NCBI RefSeq assembly: GCF_009914755.1
Contig: NC_060929.1
Origin: the human T2T-CHM13v2.0 reference genome, Homo sapiens
Reading direction: 5' to 3' (one strand)
Length of the DNA stretch: 64,000 nucleotides
Shown: positions 1 to 15,976 of the stretch, in pieces
How positions within the stretch are numbered: position 1 is the first letter of the stretch
How the letters are laid out: the number at the start of each line of letters is the position of its first letter
Notes under the pieces: generated by a model
What the model saw: the letters and a program-made list of their open reading frames with translations, nothing else
What the model was told of the DNA's origin: nothing
Database searches by the model: none
Program-made: the position numbers and the translations under genes

Positions 1-819
1 AGAGCACACAGTAGGTTCACATAGTAGGATTTCAAAACAGATTTGTGAACAGTATCCCACTGACCCTGTATCTAGGGCTGGCCATTTCTCCTTTGCCTGA
101 AGGCAGCCTTGAAATAGATGTGTCCCTGTATTCTGAGATGTAGATCTTGCAGAGCCCAGGGAGAGTACCTGGAGCCTTTCACCTTGTGCTGAGATTCGAA
201 GGGCAGGGAAGAAACAGACTTCTCCCATGAGACCAATAATGATGACACTCAAGATTGTGGATTGCGAGCTTGTTCCAAAGGTACCATTGGGTATCCACAC
301 ATCCTCGCAGTAAATCACCGTGCACCAGGCCTCACAGCACATTACTGGCTGGCCTGCTGCGTTCTCTCTCGGGGAGCAAGGACAACAGATCTAGAAAGTG
401 AAGTGCAGATCTGTGGAAAATATCAAAGCCCGATTGGCATCCTGTGGTGCCCATGCTCCTCACTCCCCAGATTGGGAAACTGAGACTCTTGAGAGGATAG
501 TTGCACACCCAGCTCATGTAACGTAGTGGCAGTGTAGGCGCTAGAACATGATTTCTCTGATTTATTTTCAAGCATGTTTTTTTTTCTACTGTGCCTCACA
601 CTTGTTCTCTTTTCTTTGAAGTTCAAAGTATTTTGCAGCCTCAACTTGTGCTTATCTCTACTGCCAAGAGACAGCTGCTATTATCTGCCATTGTGATACC
701 CCTGTCCCCAGCACTTTCCCTCTTCTCGCATTGCTCTCAGGAGAGGCCCTAGGCAAGTTGAATGTTAGATAGAAGCTCAATCTGTTCATCTCCCTGAGGA
801 ATCATGGCATCTTTATGAC

Positions 820-1170
820 TGTTCAAGAAAAAATTATGCAGTTATGCTTATTAAGCAAGTATGGTAAGGAATACTTTATTTAGGACCACCATGATAGGGG
901 TACTGCAGCTGGGGAGTGGGATTGGGCTCAACTCTGAATACAACATGTGCAAGTGGGATTGTATAGCCAAAGAGTAATGTAGAGGTTGGTGGATGGAAAA
1001 TTACTAAGATGACACATCAGAGGTAAATGGGATTCTGGCTAAACCAACCTAACAAGATTCTTGATGAAGGCAGGCCAGGGTGATGAGGCATTCTCTGGGG
1101 GATGGAAGAGGATGAGGAACTCAGTCAGATATCAAGGGTGAGCAGATATCAAGAATGTGGGGGCTCTCAG
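820..1170. mobile_element. ERV1 (MER4-group, MER31/MER67-like) LTR fragment
   Basis: Begins TGTTCAAGAAAAAATTATG, resembling MER4-group LTR termini; boundaries approximate, family from memory. Confidence 0.4.
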
Positions 1171-2009
1171 AAGAGACTGTAACTATCCTTGGAAATTGAT
1201 TTCTTTTATTCTGTCTCACCAGAAGCCAGTGGATCCTTTTCATCTTTCCAAGCTACTGTCTGAATTTCTCCTCAAATGATTTGGGGGCAGACAGTAACTC
1301 TGGCTCTTTTGTTCTCTCTCTTGGTCTCCTTGAAGCCTTCTAGTTTTACGGTTGTGGTAGAAATAGAAAAGGAAAGTGCTTTCAAATCTCAGGGAACCTG
1401 GGGTGTCGGGCAGTGTAGGATAAATGAAAGGGGTATGAGGTGAGGACATTTGAGATATGTTTCAGGGGCAGGGGACTTGCGTATAAACTAGAAAGTCAAG
1501 TAAGTGGGAATGTATGAAAAGTACAGAGTCCAGGCTGGTGAGATGCAAGCATTCTTGATCCGGGCCCTGGGCACCTGAGCTAAAGGAAAGGGTGGTGTCA
1601 AAGCAGAAATTCACAGCACTAGGGGACATTCCCATGGCGGGTGGTAGGAGTGGGCACTTTTACTCCCGTGGATGGAGAAGACTGGACATGTAGGTGGGCT
1701 CTGCTAAAGGGTGAGAGCTGGGCCTGAGGTTTGGGTCCTGAGATGGCAACAACCCAAGAAGCAGAACAAAGGCATGAGATCAAAGGAAGAATAAGTAGCC
1801 TTAGAGCCTTTATTACCTGCATTGGCTAATCCTGGGTTCTCAGGTGGCCCTGCCTAGGGGCAGGCAGGTTTCAGGAACCTGAGTAAGGCTTGGCCTAGTG
1901 GTGAGGGCTGATTGAATGGCCCCAGCTGTGAAGAGATGAGGCTGGGCTATCGGTGTTGTACCAGAACATCAAAGCCCTAAGTTTGAATCTAGTGAAACTA
2001 GGCTATTAT

Positions 2010-2525
2010 CTCCTTACCTAAAACCCTTCAGTACCCCCACAACCCCACCACTAACCATGGGTTCAAATCAAGGTCCTTCTCAAGGCATTCAGGATACTTC
2101 AAGAACAAATTCTATAATCTTCTTGACTTTTCATTCTTGTTTTTTTTTTTTATTCTTAACCTATTTCTCTAGGCCATGCCTTTTCTTATCCTGTCTTTCC
2201 AATTCTTCCATCTCAATTACTCCTCGTTAGCCTTCAAATCTCAGGTGTCACCTCCTCCAGAAGACCTTTTCTCATTATGAGTTCCCCTCAGGCTAAGCAT
2301 TTTTTTTTCTGTTCCTCTTCCCCTTCCTTTAATTTCCTGGCATATTTATTTTATTGTACTAACCATACTAATTATAATTGCCTATTTATGTGCCTCTACT
2401 AGTCTTCCCCACTAATATATGTTCCTTGAGGCCAGGGGCAGTGTTTAGTATATTTCCCATGCCTAAAGCAGGCTCAGCACATACTAGTTACTCAATAAAT
2501 ATCTGCTGTATGAATGAATGGATAA
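2010..2525 (+). mobile_element. L2 LINE 3' fragment
   Basis: Ends in the L2 3' signature TCAATAAATATCTGCTGTATGAATGAATG. Confidence 0.65.
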
Positions 2526-3953
2526 ATGCATAAATGGCTTTGATGCAATATAACCTACATAGCTCCCCTCTGACTCAGTTTACATAGCTAAGAATAAGAC
2601 TCCCCATCCTGCTGCCTTACAGGACTGCTGAGAGGATCAAATTAGGTAATATAAGTGTAAACTTCTGAGAAGTTAAATGTAAAGGATTCTTACCATCTCA
2701 TGCCTTCCTTGGACTGCCTGAGTGACTGTACTATCTTCCGCTTCCTTGTAGTCTTCAGAGGAAGTTTTCCTCCCAAAGTAACTAATTCAAGTTTGCTCCC
2801 GATAAATGATGGTAAAGATCACCACTGATACTCTTCTTCCTACTACTCACTGTCCTGTTTTCATGGAAACGGGCTGCCCCAGAAGGGAAGAGAGAGTCAA
2901 AACATGACAAGCATATTCTCCCTACTAATACGTCTGCATGCTGCAGTGGGCCATAAAACCCCTGGTGTAGCAGGAAGGGGCAGGGTCGGGGGTGGAGAAG
3001 AAGGAGTAATGATTTGAGATCCCAGAAATTCAGGTCAAAGGTAGGCAGTGGGGTGAATGCTATTTCCCATTGACATGTTAGATTTGTGTTCTTACCTAAA
3101 GAATACATGGTTGATTGGAAGTACCCTGCACTTCATATAGGGGGAAGTGGGCTTGTCCAGATGACACTTTAGCTGTGCAATGCCAGGCAAGTCCTCTTTG
3201 CTCCCTGAGTCACACACATCTTCATTTGTGAAAGAAGATAATTATTATAACCAAAGTTTAGTGAGGACTGTGCTCCCAACTGGCCTCAGCTATGTGCTTT
3301 GTACAGATTCTCTCCTTTAATTCCATCCCATTCTCTCTCATCATTTAAGCTTCACAGAGAAGCCTGAAGCTCAGAATGCCTGAGGGCCTGGCTGGGGTCA
3401 CAGAGCCAGAGAGGGGTGTGCCTGACTCCAAAGCCTTCACTCTCACTACAGTCCCTGGTCTGAGCACATGTCCTCATGGGAATTAAACGGATGTTTGGGG
3501 GAATTTTGGAGGCATTATTATGAAAATATAATTTATCCCAAATGACATATTTTTACATTCAGGAGAAGATAATGATGCTTTTAAAAAATCTGCAAGGGAG
3601 AGAAGGAACTTGATAAGATACTTTTGTTTAATCTGGGTTTCCTCTTGCTCAGAATAGTTATTTTCACTCTATGGAAACAGAGCCAGGAACACTAAACATG
3701 AGGCCCTATTTTTGCCCAAATACATGATAGGCACAAAAAATGAGTAAAAGAAGTATTCTTTTAAGGATCTGAGACTCTCAAAGGTGCCACAGCATTTGAC
3801 CTTGGACATGACACTTAGTATAGTGATTAGATGCACAGACTTGGAAACCAAATAGGCAGGAACTAGACCAGTAGGGGTTTAGAAGGCTACTACTATTTAG
3901 TTGTCTTCATAAGGAGAAAAGGTACCAGGGCATGATGGTGCTGTTTCATTTCT

Positions 3954-4254
3954 TTTTTCTTTTTTTTGTTCTTTGAGACAGAATCTTGCTCTGTCACCCA
4001 GGCTGGAGCACAGTGGCATGATCTCGGCTTACTGCAACCTCCGCCCCAGGTTCAAGCGATTCTCCTGCCTTAGCCTCCCGAGTAGCTGGGATTACAGGTG
4101 TCTGTCACCACACCCGGCTAATTTTTGTATTTTTAGTAGAGGCGGGGTTTCACCATGTTGGCCAGACTGGTCTCAAGCTCCTGACCTCAAGTGATCCACC
4201 TGCCTTGGCCTCCCAAAGTGCTGGGATTACAGGTGTGAGCCACCGCACCCGGCC
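3954..4254 (-). mobile_element. AluS (Sx-like) SINE
   Basis: Reverse-complement Alu dimer with T-tail; TSD TGCTGTTTCATTTCT at 3939-3953 and 4256-4270. Confidence 0.95.
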
Positions 4255-4659
4255 ATGCTGTTTCATTTCTAACCATGAGAAATGATGATTTTAGTATGTG
4301 TTTTATGTGCTTGAAGTTTGTTTGGTGGTGTTAACCAGCCAGGCATCAGGTGCTTTAACTATAGTCAGATGACCATGGCCTGAGAGGGTGTGGAAAATGC
4401 TGGAGACACTTTCAGTCTGCACACCTAGGCTCAAATGTCAGTTCTGTCCAGTCTCCAGGGGCTTGAGTGACTCACTAAACTTCCTGAAGCCACAGTTCTT
4501 TTTCCTCATCTATAAAAAATATATTACTATAACAAAATCAGCACTGCCCTCGTACATGAAGGTCACTGATTTCCCAGCCATGATTTCAGGACTTGATTAC
4601 AAGTGACTGCAGTGATCTCCACCACCTGACCTTGGTCTAGTGTATGTTCAGTACCCCCC

Positions 4660-4955
4660 CAGAGCTGTGCCTGTCACCTCCTGGGGAGGCCTTTCCAGCC
4701 CTACACCAGATCAAGCCTCCATGTTAAACACCCATAGAACTATGAAATAAGCCTCCGTAGCACATTTCTCTGTCATCACAAGACACTTTAAAGTTATTTC
4801 ATTGTGCCTCTTTCTACAAGACCATAAGCTTCACAAAGGCAGAGACTATGTCAATTTTGCTCATTGGCATATTCCTAGTGCCACTGTACTGTGTGAAAAG
4901 TAGATGCTGAATAGATGTTTGGTGATTGAATAAAAAGTGAATAAAAGAAATGAAG
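4660..4955 (+). mobile_element. L2 LINE 3' fragment
   Basis: TCACCTCCTGGGGAGGCCTT...TGCTGAATAGATGTTTGGTGATTGAATAAA, L2-like. Confidence 0.55.
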
Positions 4956-5989
4956 AAAGGAAGGAAGAGAAGAAGAGGGAATAAGCCAGCCAGCCAGGTA
5001 GCCAATCAGGAAGGTCCATTCAATCTCTCAACACCTTTCAGGTATACCTTCTCAGTTCCCAGGGCTGTAGACAATACAGGAAAGTAAGAAGATGGTACCA
5101 AATATAAAACCTAGATAAATAAGATTTCAGAGACTCAAAAGACTTTTTCTGACCCCATCTCAATCTAAATTCGATCTGTAGTTATTTTCTTTCTCTCATT
5201 GTGTGTGTCTGTCTCAGAATTGTTCTTTTCCTTCCTAGTGCTAGGCACAATTTATTTGGTTGGTTATTTTATGTGTGTCTATTGTGCACATTAGCTCACC
5301 ACTATAACCCCAGCACCGGGCACAGTACCTGGCATGTAGGGGTTCTGAATGAATGTCAGTCACCAGTCTAGTGCCATGGGGGAAGCAGGGACACAGAGAA
5401 AAAATGGACGTGGCACCTGATCTTAAGAACCCATCAATACAGTGAGGAGAAGAAGGATAATGAATGTGAAGCATCTTGTTAAATGCTGTGCAAATATAAA
5501 TGATTATTGGGCACCTTTTGTGAATGTAGTAATAATATGCTGAAGCTTCTGGTAACTAGAATTTCTGGGTTGATTAGCCTGATAGAAGGGTACCTTTAGG
5601 AACTGATTCTTTTCTAAGGGATCATTTGTTCATTCAATGCATACTTACTAAGTACCTACTATGTGTCATGTAATGTGTTAAGGAGTGGGGAGAAATATAC
5701 AGGATGAAGTGGATCCCAGCTATCATGAAGCTGGAAGCTTCCAGAAGTAGCAACTCTTTCATTCTTCTTTCTCATCTTTAGTACCTACAAACAAAGGGGT
5801 TGCTGCCATATACTGCAGGACCCCTATTGCAGGCCCATTAGAAAAGCATTTGCACTAAGAAACTGTGGTCTGCCAGGCATCTATCTAGAAGCTGCTTAGA
5901 GATGTACAATCATAACACATCAGCCTAACTGTCTGCATTTGAGTTAGCAGCTCCCCACCACCATTCCCCATGACATGTTGTAAAGAATA

Positions 5990-6175
5990 TGAGCTGCTGC
6001 TCAGTTTGGTCCTAGCAATTGCTAAATGTATGGCCTTATGTAATCTCTGCAAGCCTCATTTTTTCATCTGTAAATTGAGGATAATAATACCCACACCAGA
6101 GGATTGCTGTGAGGTTTAAATGAGATAATACATGTAAAGTACCTACCAGAGTACTTATGGTAAACAATAAATCAT
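5990..6175. mobile_element. MIR SINE
   Basis: MIR core CCTCATTTTTTCATCTGTAAATTGAGGATAATAATAC...GTGAGGTTTAAATGAGATAATACATGTAAAG; many other MIR relics in the window are not listed individually. Confidence 0.75.
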
Positions 6176-8365
6176 TGTTTGTTTGTTTGTTTTCGTTACT
6201 ATTGCACTGACTTGACCGGGCATCTAGTTCAGACAATGGGGAAAATGGAGCAGCATGATCATATTCATTTTTGTTTTTTAAAACAGGTTTTTTAATTGAT
6301 GTATAATAGATGAGCATAGTTTCTGGGTACATGTGACCATTTGATACATTCATATAATTTGTAGAGATCAAATAAGTGTACTTGTGATATCTACCACCTT
6401 ATATATTTAATCAGACTCTGTCTTTGCAGAAAGTACAAACATCTACCATTTAATTCATTCAAAGGAGCTTTTAGGGAAGAGGAAGGATAGGTAGAAAAGC
6501 TTGAGGAATAGAAGCATAGAGGCTAGTTGTTCAGTAACCTGGGTTCTGATCCCTTTCAGCCACTAACTTCTCTGTGACTGGGGTAAACAATACACTTTCT
6601 TCATCCTACCCTAGTTTATTTCATCTATAAAGGGATGGTGCAGAGTGGCTCAGTTCTCCAAGCTCTTTCAACTTTCCTCGCCCATGATTCCACCACTAGA
6701 GTCTACATGGAACACATTCTTTAGCTTCTGCAAAGTCTGGAGACATCTAGAGCTGAGATGTGTGATCAGGCCTGTGGTCTGCACCAGAAATTGGGCTGGA
6801 ATCTGCATGTCTACCTGCCACTGCCTGGGGCAAGGAGCTGATGGTTCTATTGCCCATCTGAGAGGTACCACCTCCCACCCCCATTCCCAGGCTGGCAACT
6901 CCTCCACTGGAACTGTACTGATGATGATCTCTTTGTAGTCCAGATACTCATCCAAACTCCAGCCCAATCTGGAACATTTGCCATGAGTATTGCTGGCCCC
7001 CCATTCTTCTTCCCTGCCTCAGCTGCTCTGAGGGATTTTGTGCCTGATCCATCAGCAATTGACAAGAGCCAGAAGAAAAGGATGGAAAAGAAGTAAGCAG
7101 AGGTGGAAAAGTGAGTGCTGAGTCAATACTGGGTGGATGAATGTTAGGTAGGCTGGGTGAGACTTCATAGATAGATGAATGGGTGATGAAGAAAGGTGAG
7201 GGACTGGCAGTGTGGTAGACCAGCACAGTGCCTGCATGGAGAAGGCACCGAGTAAATACTTGCCATGTCAATGTCGAATGTTGTTGGGAGAGAGAAAATG
7301 AAATAGAAGAGAGAAAGAAAAAGGAACAGAGAAATAAATAATAAGTTAATAGGGAAGAAGGACAGAGTGAAAGAATAGTAACAGATGGATGTGGTAGATG
7401 ATAAAATGAGAGAGACATAGCTAAAACTTGAGAAGTCCCTTGCAAAGGGTTTTTTCCATGCCCTTTGTTAGAGCTGTCTGAAGTTTCAATGCTGACATTA
7501 AAAACTTAGTGTATATGTGGATATGTGAAGGCACTGTCCTCTATTAAAACCCAGAATTTCCTGAACTGGACAAAACAAGAAGCTGCTATCAGGTTAGTTC
7601 TTCTCAGAGTCGATCTGACAGCTGGGTTTGAATTGAGGTGCCCATGAAAAGACAAGGAGGCAAACCTAGGCCAGGACTGTGGGTTGCAGTAGTGGAAGAG
7701 TGAACACAGCAGAGAACTAGGCCCAGCAACGTGGAATTGAAGGCTTCAGATGATTCTCTTACAGTGTGACATCCCTTGACTTCTGCCTCACTGGACCTCT
7801 GCCTGTTCCTAAGAGCCATCATCAGTTGGGGCTGGAAACCGCTAGACATTGTTTAGCTCAGGGTTCCCCAACATGGAACATACACACTACTGGTGGTAAT
7901 GAAGATTTTGTTGTTGTTGAACCCAGGTGACCATTTATTTATTTTTATTGTATATAAGGTCTACAACACATCTTGATATACATAACGAGGTGATTACTAT
8001 AGTCAAGTAAATTAACATATTCATAATCTCACATAATTGCATATGTGCTTATATAGTGATCTTCAATTAATCTAAGTGATGCTGCTTTTCCATTATAATA
8101 GTGATATAAATGTTTCTTGGTAAAATTTAAGTTTAAAAAGTGAGTTGATGTAAGGAAAGAGTATTAAAAAATGATGACACAGCTGGCATGCAGTTATTGG
8201 AGCAGTGATGAGATTGCATAGCTAAAGTTAGAGAAGTGCATTTCTAGTTCAAACTCCCCATTTTATAGATAAGGTAATTGGGGTCCAGAGGAAGAAAATG
8301 ACTTGCTTAGTGGATCAGAATCAGGGATACAGTTGGACTAGAATTCACGTCTCCCACTTTCTAGT

Positions 8366-8702
8366 TATCTTAGTTTATTTTGTGCTGCAATGAAAGAATA
8401 CCTGAACTGGGTAATTTATAATAGACAGAAATTTATTTGGCTGGCAGTTCCAGAGCTTGGAAGTTTAAGATCAAGGAGTTATATTGGATGAGGGTCTTCT
8501 TTCTGTGTCATCTCATGGAAAAAGGTGTAAGGGCAAGAGAGCGTGCATGTTCGAGAGAGACTAAACTCGCAGCCTCAAGCCCTTTTATAATCACATTACA
8601 TCATTTATAAAGGTGGAGCCTCCCACTGGGCCCCACCTCCCAGCACTGTGGAGTTGGGGATTAAGCATAAACACAATTGGAGAACACATTCAAACCATAG
8701 CA
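8366..8702 (-). mobile_element. MaLR solo LTR (MST/MLT1A-like)
   Basis: TATCTTAGTTTATTTTGTGCTGC...AAACCATAGCA with 5-bp TSD CTAGT (8361-8365, 8703-8707). Confidence 0.85.
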
Positions 8703-9469
8703 CTAGTCAATGAGCTTTCTCCCTGCCTATGCTGCCTCCATAATCCTCCTCTGATAATCCTTCTTAAAGCCCCAAGCAATTGGCCTGTTAATTAGGGATC
8801 TGTTTGACAAATACTAAACCTCCTATTGCTTTCATTTAAGGATAAAAACAATATATTTGTCTTATGATGACTTGTCATGGTAGACACCTTGGATTTATAT
8901 GAGCATTAGACATGGTGTGAGTGTTGTGGGTTGGCCTTGATTTATGGAATAAGTACACATCGAGAAAAATGGCATAAAAATCAAACTTGTACAAATTGAA
9001 TTCCATTTTTCCATTGATTTACTTTATCTCAGAGGTGTTTTTACCTTAATTTTTGAATTATTTATACTTGGTAATTGCTTCAAGCTTTTTATTTCTTTAT
9101 AAAGAAAATAACTACACTGAGAGTCTGAAAAAATGGGTACTAGTTTGAACTCAGATACAAACTCATTATGTGACCCTTGAAAAATCCTGAGCCTCTTTGC
9201 TCCTCAAAAGGCTTTTCAAAATGAAAGGAAGAATGACAGAGGTTGAGTGAGGGGCTATCTAGGAGCCTTTTCCTCTCTCTCTGTAATATCATAGACTTCT
9301 CTGATTTTACATTCTTGATCCCAGTTGGCTTTATCTCATCGTTAGCCTTTTCAACGTCAAAAACAAATGTGAAGCCACCAGTAAGGACAATGTCAAATTA
9401 ATTCCATAAGAATTAGCAATATGGAAGTAGGCATGAAGGGATGGTGTGAGGTGATGCAGTGGACAGCTT

Positions 9470-10402
9470 TGTAATTTTCTGCTCAGCATCCCTTTGCAAG
9501 GCATTACTCCTTGCTCCAGTCAAAACCACTGCAGAAGGATTAGTTAACTATATTCTACTGTGACCTCATCCCTAAGACGATTGATTGATTCAGGGGCAGA
9601 CAGGCACCTGACCAAAGCAGAGCTAATCAGGGTATCTCCTGGGGATTGTCATTGTAGTCTTAGAAAATAGAAGCTAGATTATCTTGGGGTGTCTATATTG
9701 ATAAGATACATAAAGCTTTAAAGCTGTTGGTGGTTGTCTTCATTCATTGTGTGCTGCTATAACAGAATATCTGAGAATGGGTAATTTAAAAGTTTATTGA
9801 CTCACAGTTCTGGTGGTTAGGAAGTCCAAGGCTGAGGGGCTGGCATCTGGTGAGAGAGCCTTCTCGCCGTGCCATCCTGTGGCAGAAGGGCAAAGAGAGG
9901 AGGGGAGAGAGAGTGAGAGCAGGTGAACTCCTTCTTTTATAAGGAACCCATTGCTGTAATAACAAAACGACTCCCACATTAATGGCATTAATCTATTCAT
10001 GAGGGAAGCACCCTTGTGATCTAATCACCTCTCATTAGGCCCTACCTTCCAACACTGTTGCTCTGGGGATTAAGTCTCCAACACCTGCTTTTTGGGAGAC
10101 ACATTCAAATTATAGCAGTGGTCATTTTCGTCTTTAACCATAAATGCTATGATGCTTTAAGGAAGGAGCAAGAGAGAACTAGAGCAGGCACACAGGGAAC
10201 AGAAGAAAAAAGGAAGAGAATGTGACTTCTGATGGCACTTAAGTATTTGGTTCCAACATTTCTTAGCCTTAACTGCATTTTATTCTTACCCCCAATGAGC
10301 CACCCTATTGTCCTTGTCCTTATAAATTATTCTCCCAACACACTTTTCTAGTTACTAAGATTGATTTGAATTGTCCCTTGCAACCAAGGGGATTCTAATA
10401 CA
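9470..10402. mobile_element. Old ERVL LTR (LTR16-like) interrupted by an MST LTR
   Basis: GGCACCTGACCAAAGCAGAGCTAATCAG motif and ...TTGCAACCAAGGGGATTCTAATACA end; boundaries approximate. Confidence 0.45.
9735..10117 (-). mobile_element. MaLR solo LTR (MSTC/MSTD-like)
   Basis: TGTCTTCATTCATTGTGTGCTGCTATAACAGAATA...TATAGCA; 5-bp TSD GTGGT (9730-9734, 10118-10122). Confidence 0.88.
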
Positions 10403-10468
10403 TTACCAGGGCCCCATCCCAGAGCCACTGAATCAGAATCTCTGGTGCTGGGTTTCAGATATTAGTAT

Positions 10469-12935
<2,467 letters not shown>

Positions 12936-13428
12936 GTACTTAAAATCTCCTTGGCTGGTTTTCAAGTGCAGCCATGCTTGAGACTCCTGCTTAAAGGTAC
13001 AGCAAAGAGGAAGGAGGTTGCCACATAGAGTGTATGAGGATGCTCATTCCAAGCCATCTTTACCTAGCTGCCCTTGAGCCCAATTTCCCAACTGATCCTC
13101 AGTCTCCTACCTGTTAGAAACAGTTCTCCTTATCTTACACTCTTCCCACAGCTGCTGGCTGTGTCACAGGTTGTGTTGCTCAGGCAGCAGACTCTGTGGG
13201 GGAGATTAGCAGTCAGGCTTATTTAGGCATGAAAGCTCTCAGGATCCACATCTGGGAAAGGAAAGAAACAAAAGTAGGTGGGGCAAAGGGAGATGCAGAC
13301 GCCCCAGGAACTGTGCAGCTGAACTGACCCCTCAGAGCTGCTCTGAGTTGGCCTGAATGAGGGATCCTTTATCCTCCGAGTCACTGGATGGCAGTGAGAC
13401 ACACTTCTTCAGCTGAGACAATTCTCTC

Positions 13429-13712
13429 CAGCAGCCCCCAACGTTTTTGGCACCCAGGATGGGTTTTGTGGAAGACAGTTTTTTCCACTGTTCTGCGGGG
13501 AGGAGGGGAGAAGTGGGGGGAGATGGTTTCAGGATAAAACTGTTCCACCTCAGATCATAAGGCGTTAGTTAGATTCTCATAAGGAGCACTAGATCCCTTG
13601 CATGAGCTCAGGCAGTAACACTTGCTTGCCCGTCACTCACCTCCCCTGTGCACCAGTTCCTAACAGGCCATGGACTGGTACTGGTCTGTGGCCTGGGGGT
13701 TGGGGACCCCTG
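13429..13712 (-). mobile_element. MER1B hAT-Charlie DNA transposon, within an older MLT1-like LTR (about 13160-13800)
   Basis: CAGCAGCCCCCAACGTTTTTGGCAC...GGGGTTGGGGACCCCTG terminal inverted repeats. Confidence 0.85.
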
Positions 13713-13829
13713 CTCTAAATGAACGAATAGTGGAGGACGTCATTCCTGATGGGGAATCTGAATGACATAGCTCAGCGTCAGTCACCCCCAACATGTGAAA
13801 CCTCTTATATGACAAAGGGAAATCTTTGT

Positions 13830-14500
13830 TCTCTCCTGAAACCTTCTCCACCTCTAATGTTTCCTTTTAAAGTGAAGGGCCCCACGGTACATTTAGACAC
13901 CTGGTCAGAAACCTCCAGGCAACCTCTTCCTCAACGTCTAATCCAATCAGTCTCCACATCTTTTAGAATCACCTTTAAATATTTTCATTATAGTATTTTC
14001 CCTCTTTGTCTCTGCTACCATTGCCTTAGTTCAGTTTGCCATCACCTCTCATCTGAACTATTCCCACAGCTTCCTAATTGTTCTCCCTGCTTCCTGAATT
14101 CTTGTTCTTAAATTCACCCTGCGTGCAACTGCCAGAGGGATCTTTCTAAAATGCAGAGCAGAGCATGTTGCTCCCCTCCTTAAAACCTTTTAGTGGTCCC
14201 TCATTGCCCTCAGGATATCAGCCAAATCTTAGTGTGGGCCCTGGAGTCCAGAGCCCACCCTCATCTGGTTCCACTTTCCCTACCTCTCACTCCCACACTC
14301 CACACTGCTTATCGCTCCTGTCACTCAGGTCACTGCTCTGTGCCCTCCTTGATCTGCTTATGCTGTTCACTGCTCTTGGAATGACCTTCCCTCTCCATCT
14401 CTCTAATTTATATTCATCCTAGAAGATATCACCTCCTCCAGAATATGATCCTGAACTCAGGTTCCCAGAGATTTTTGTCCAACAGAGCTCATCTTTGTAT
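13830..14500 (+). mobile_element. L2 LINE fragment
   Basis: TCCAATCAGTC...TTGCTCCCCTCCTTAAAACC...TCACCTCCTCCAG L2 motifs. Confidence 0.6.
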
Positions 14501-15739
14501 ATTATTGTCTTTGCTTCTTATTAACAATTATGCTATAATTTTAATAGCCCACATTAATTGAGTACTTACTTGGTGCACTGTGCCAAATACTTTATATAGA
14601 TGATCTCACGTCATCCTCAAAATAACCTGTGAAGTTAGTACTATTATTATCTCTATTATATAGAGGAGCAAATCGAGCTTGATGAAATAACTCTTGTTCA
14701 AAGTCACTTGGTTAGTGTAGAGGGGATTTGGAATCAAGACTGTCTGCTTACATTATTCTTGTTTTATTGATCTTTTCACCTCGGTACCCAGAACGGTGCC
14801 TAGCACGTAAAAAATAACTTGAACTAAACCCAGAACAGTGACTACATCATGGTTTCTTTTTAATAATTTATTTTCTCCACCACATAAAATAGTGTAGATT
14901 GAAAGTGGTAATAATAGCAATGCTAATGTTTAATATAATTTTCTCCAATATAAAGAAAGGTAAATGGAAGCCTTTAAGGAGTTAAGTGCTGGTCAGGGGA
15001 ACCTGGTTTCAGACCCTGGACCTGTGACCACAGAGAGGAATGAAACGAAGATTTGACCTAAAACTTACTAAATTTGTTTTTCATTTCAGTAGAAGCAATG
15101 TAATGCCTGTTTTTCCACATGATAAAGACAGGTCTTTATCATTTGTTTTGATTTTCAGATCACGTGCAGTAGATATAACTGCTTGCTGAATTGACAGATA
15201 TCCAAGAATTAAAGTAAAAGTAAACACATGTTAAGTGCCTCGTTTAATCTCCCTTTAACTTCCCCCCAAGCCCTCACCAGTTAAGTTTTACCGTATCAGT
15301 TTATATAGTTTTGCAAACAGAGGCTCAGGAAGCTAGAGTGACTTGGTTAAAGTCACATAACTAACTTATGGACGTTTCAAGACATAACTTCAGCTCTAAC
15401 TGCAAAGTCTTTGCTTGTCCCACTGTTCCCCCGCGGTCCTGCCCACCTTTGTTCCTGAAATTCTGGCTTGTCCACAGAGATCTGGACAGCTTCTAATGGG
15501 CGTTGATGTTCTTAGGTATCTTCAATTGCTGTCATAATGGCTAGCTTGAGGGAAGGAACTGACTCTTCACCAGCTCTCATGCCCTTAAGTTAGATATTTA
15601 GCAGGTGGTCCCCTGGGGAGCCAGGTGAACATGTTATAGCAGAACCTTGAGCAGCAAGGGAGCTGCTGCTTTCTGAAACAGCAATCCTTCAGGGGTCTTA
15701 TCCTAGTACATTAAACAAGAAGGAACTAAGAGAGCTTGC

Positions 15740-15976
15740 ATAAATTCATAGAGACAGAAGATTAGTGGTTGCCTGGGGGTGGGGTGGGGATGCTGAGAAA
15801 TAACTGATTAGTGGATACTATGGGGTCTCTTTTTGAGGTGTTGAAAATTTTAGAACTAGGTAGTGGTGATGATTGCACAACATTGTAAATGTACTAATGT
15901 CATGTAATTGTACACTTTAAAATGGTTAAAGTGGTAAATTTTCTGTTGTGTGTATTTTACCACAGTGAAAAAAAAA
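15740..15976 (+). mobile_element. L1MB/MC 3' end fragment
   Basis: ATTCATAGAGACAGAAGATTAGTGGTTGCC...TGTACACTTTAAAATGGTTAAA...TTTTACCAC followed by an A-tail. Confidence 0.8.

Noticed and set aside
260-560. Mild CpG enrichment as a possible promoter
   Set aside because: Too few CpGs and too short for a CpG island; no supporting motifs
6948-7445. 165-aa hydrophobic/Ser-rich ORF
   Set aside because: Translation of a GA-rich low-complexity stretch; no protein signature
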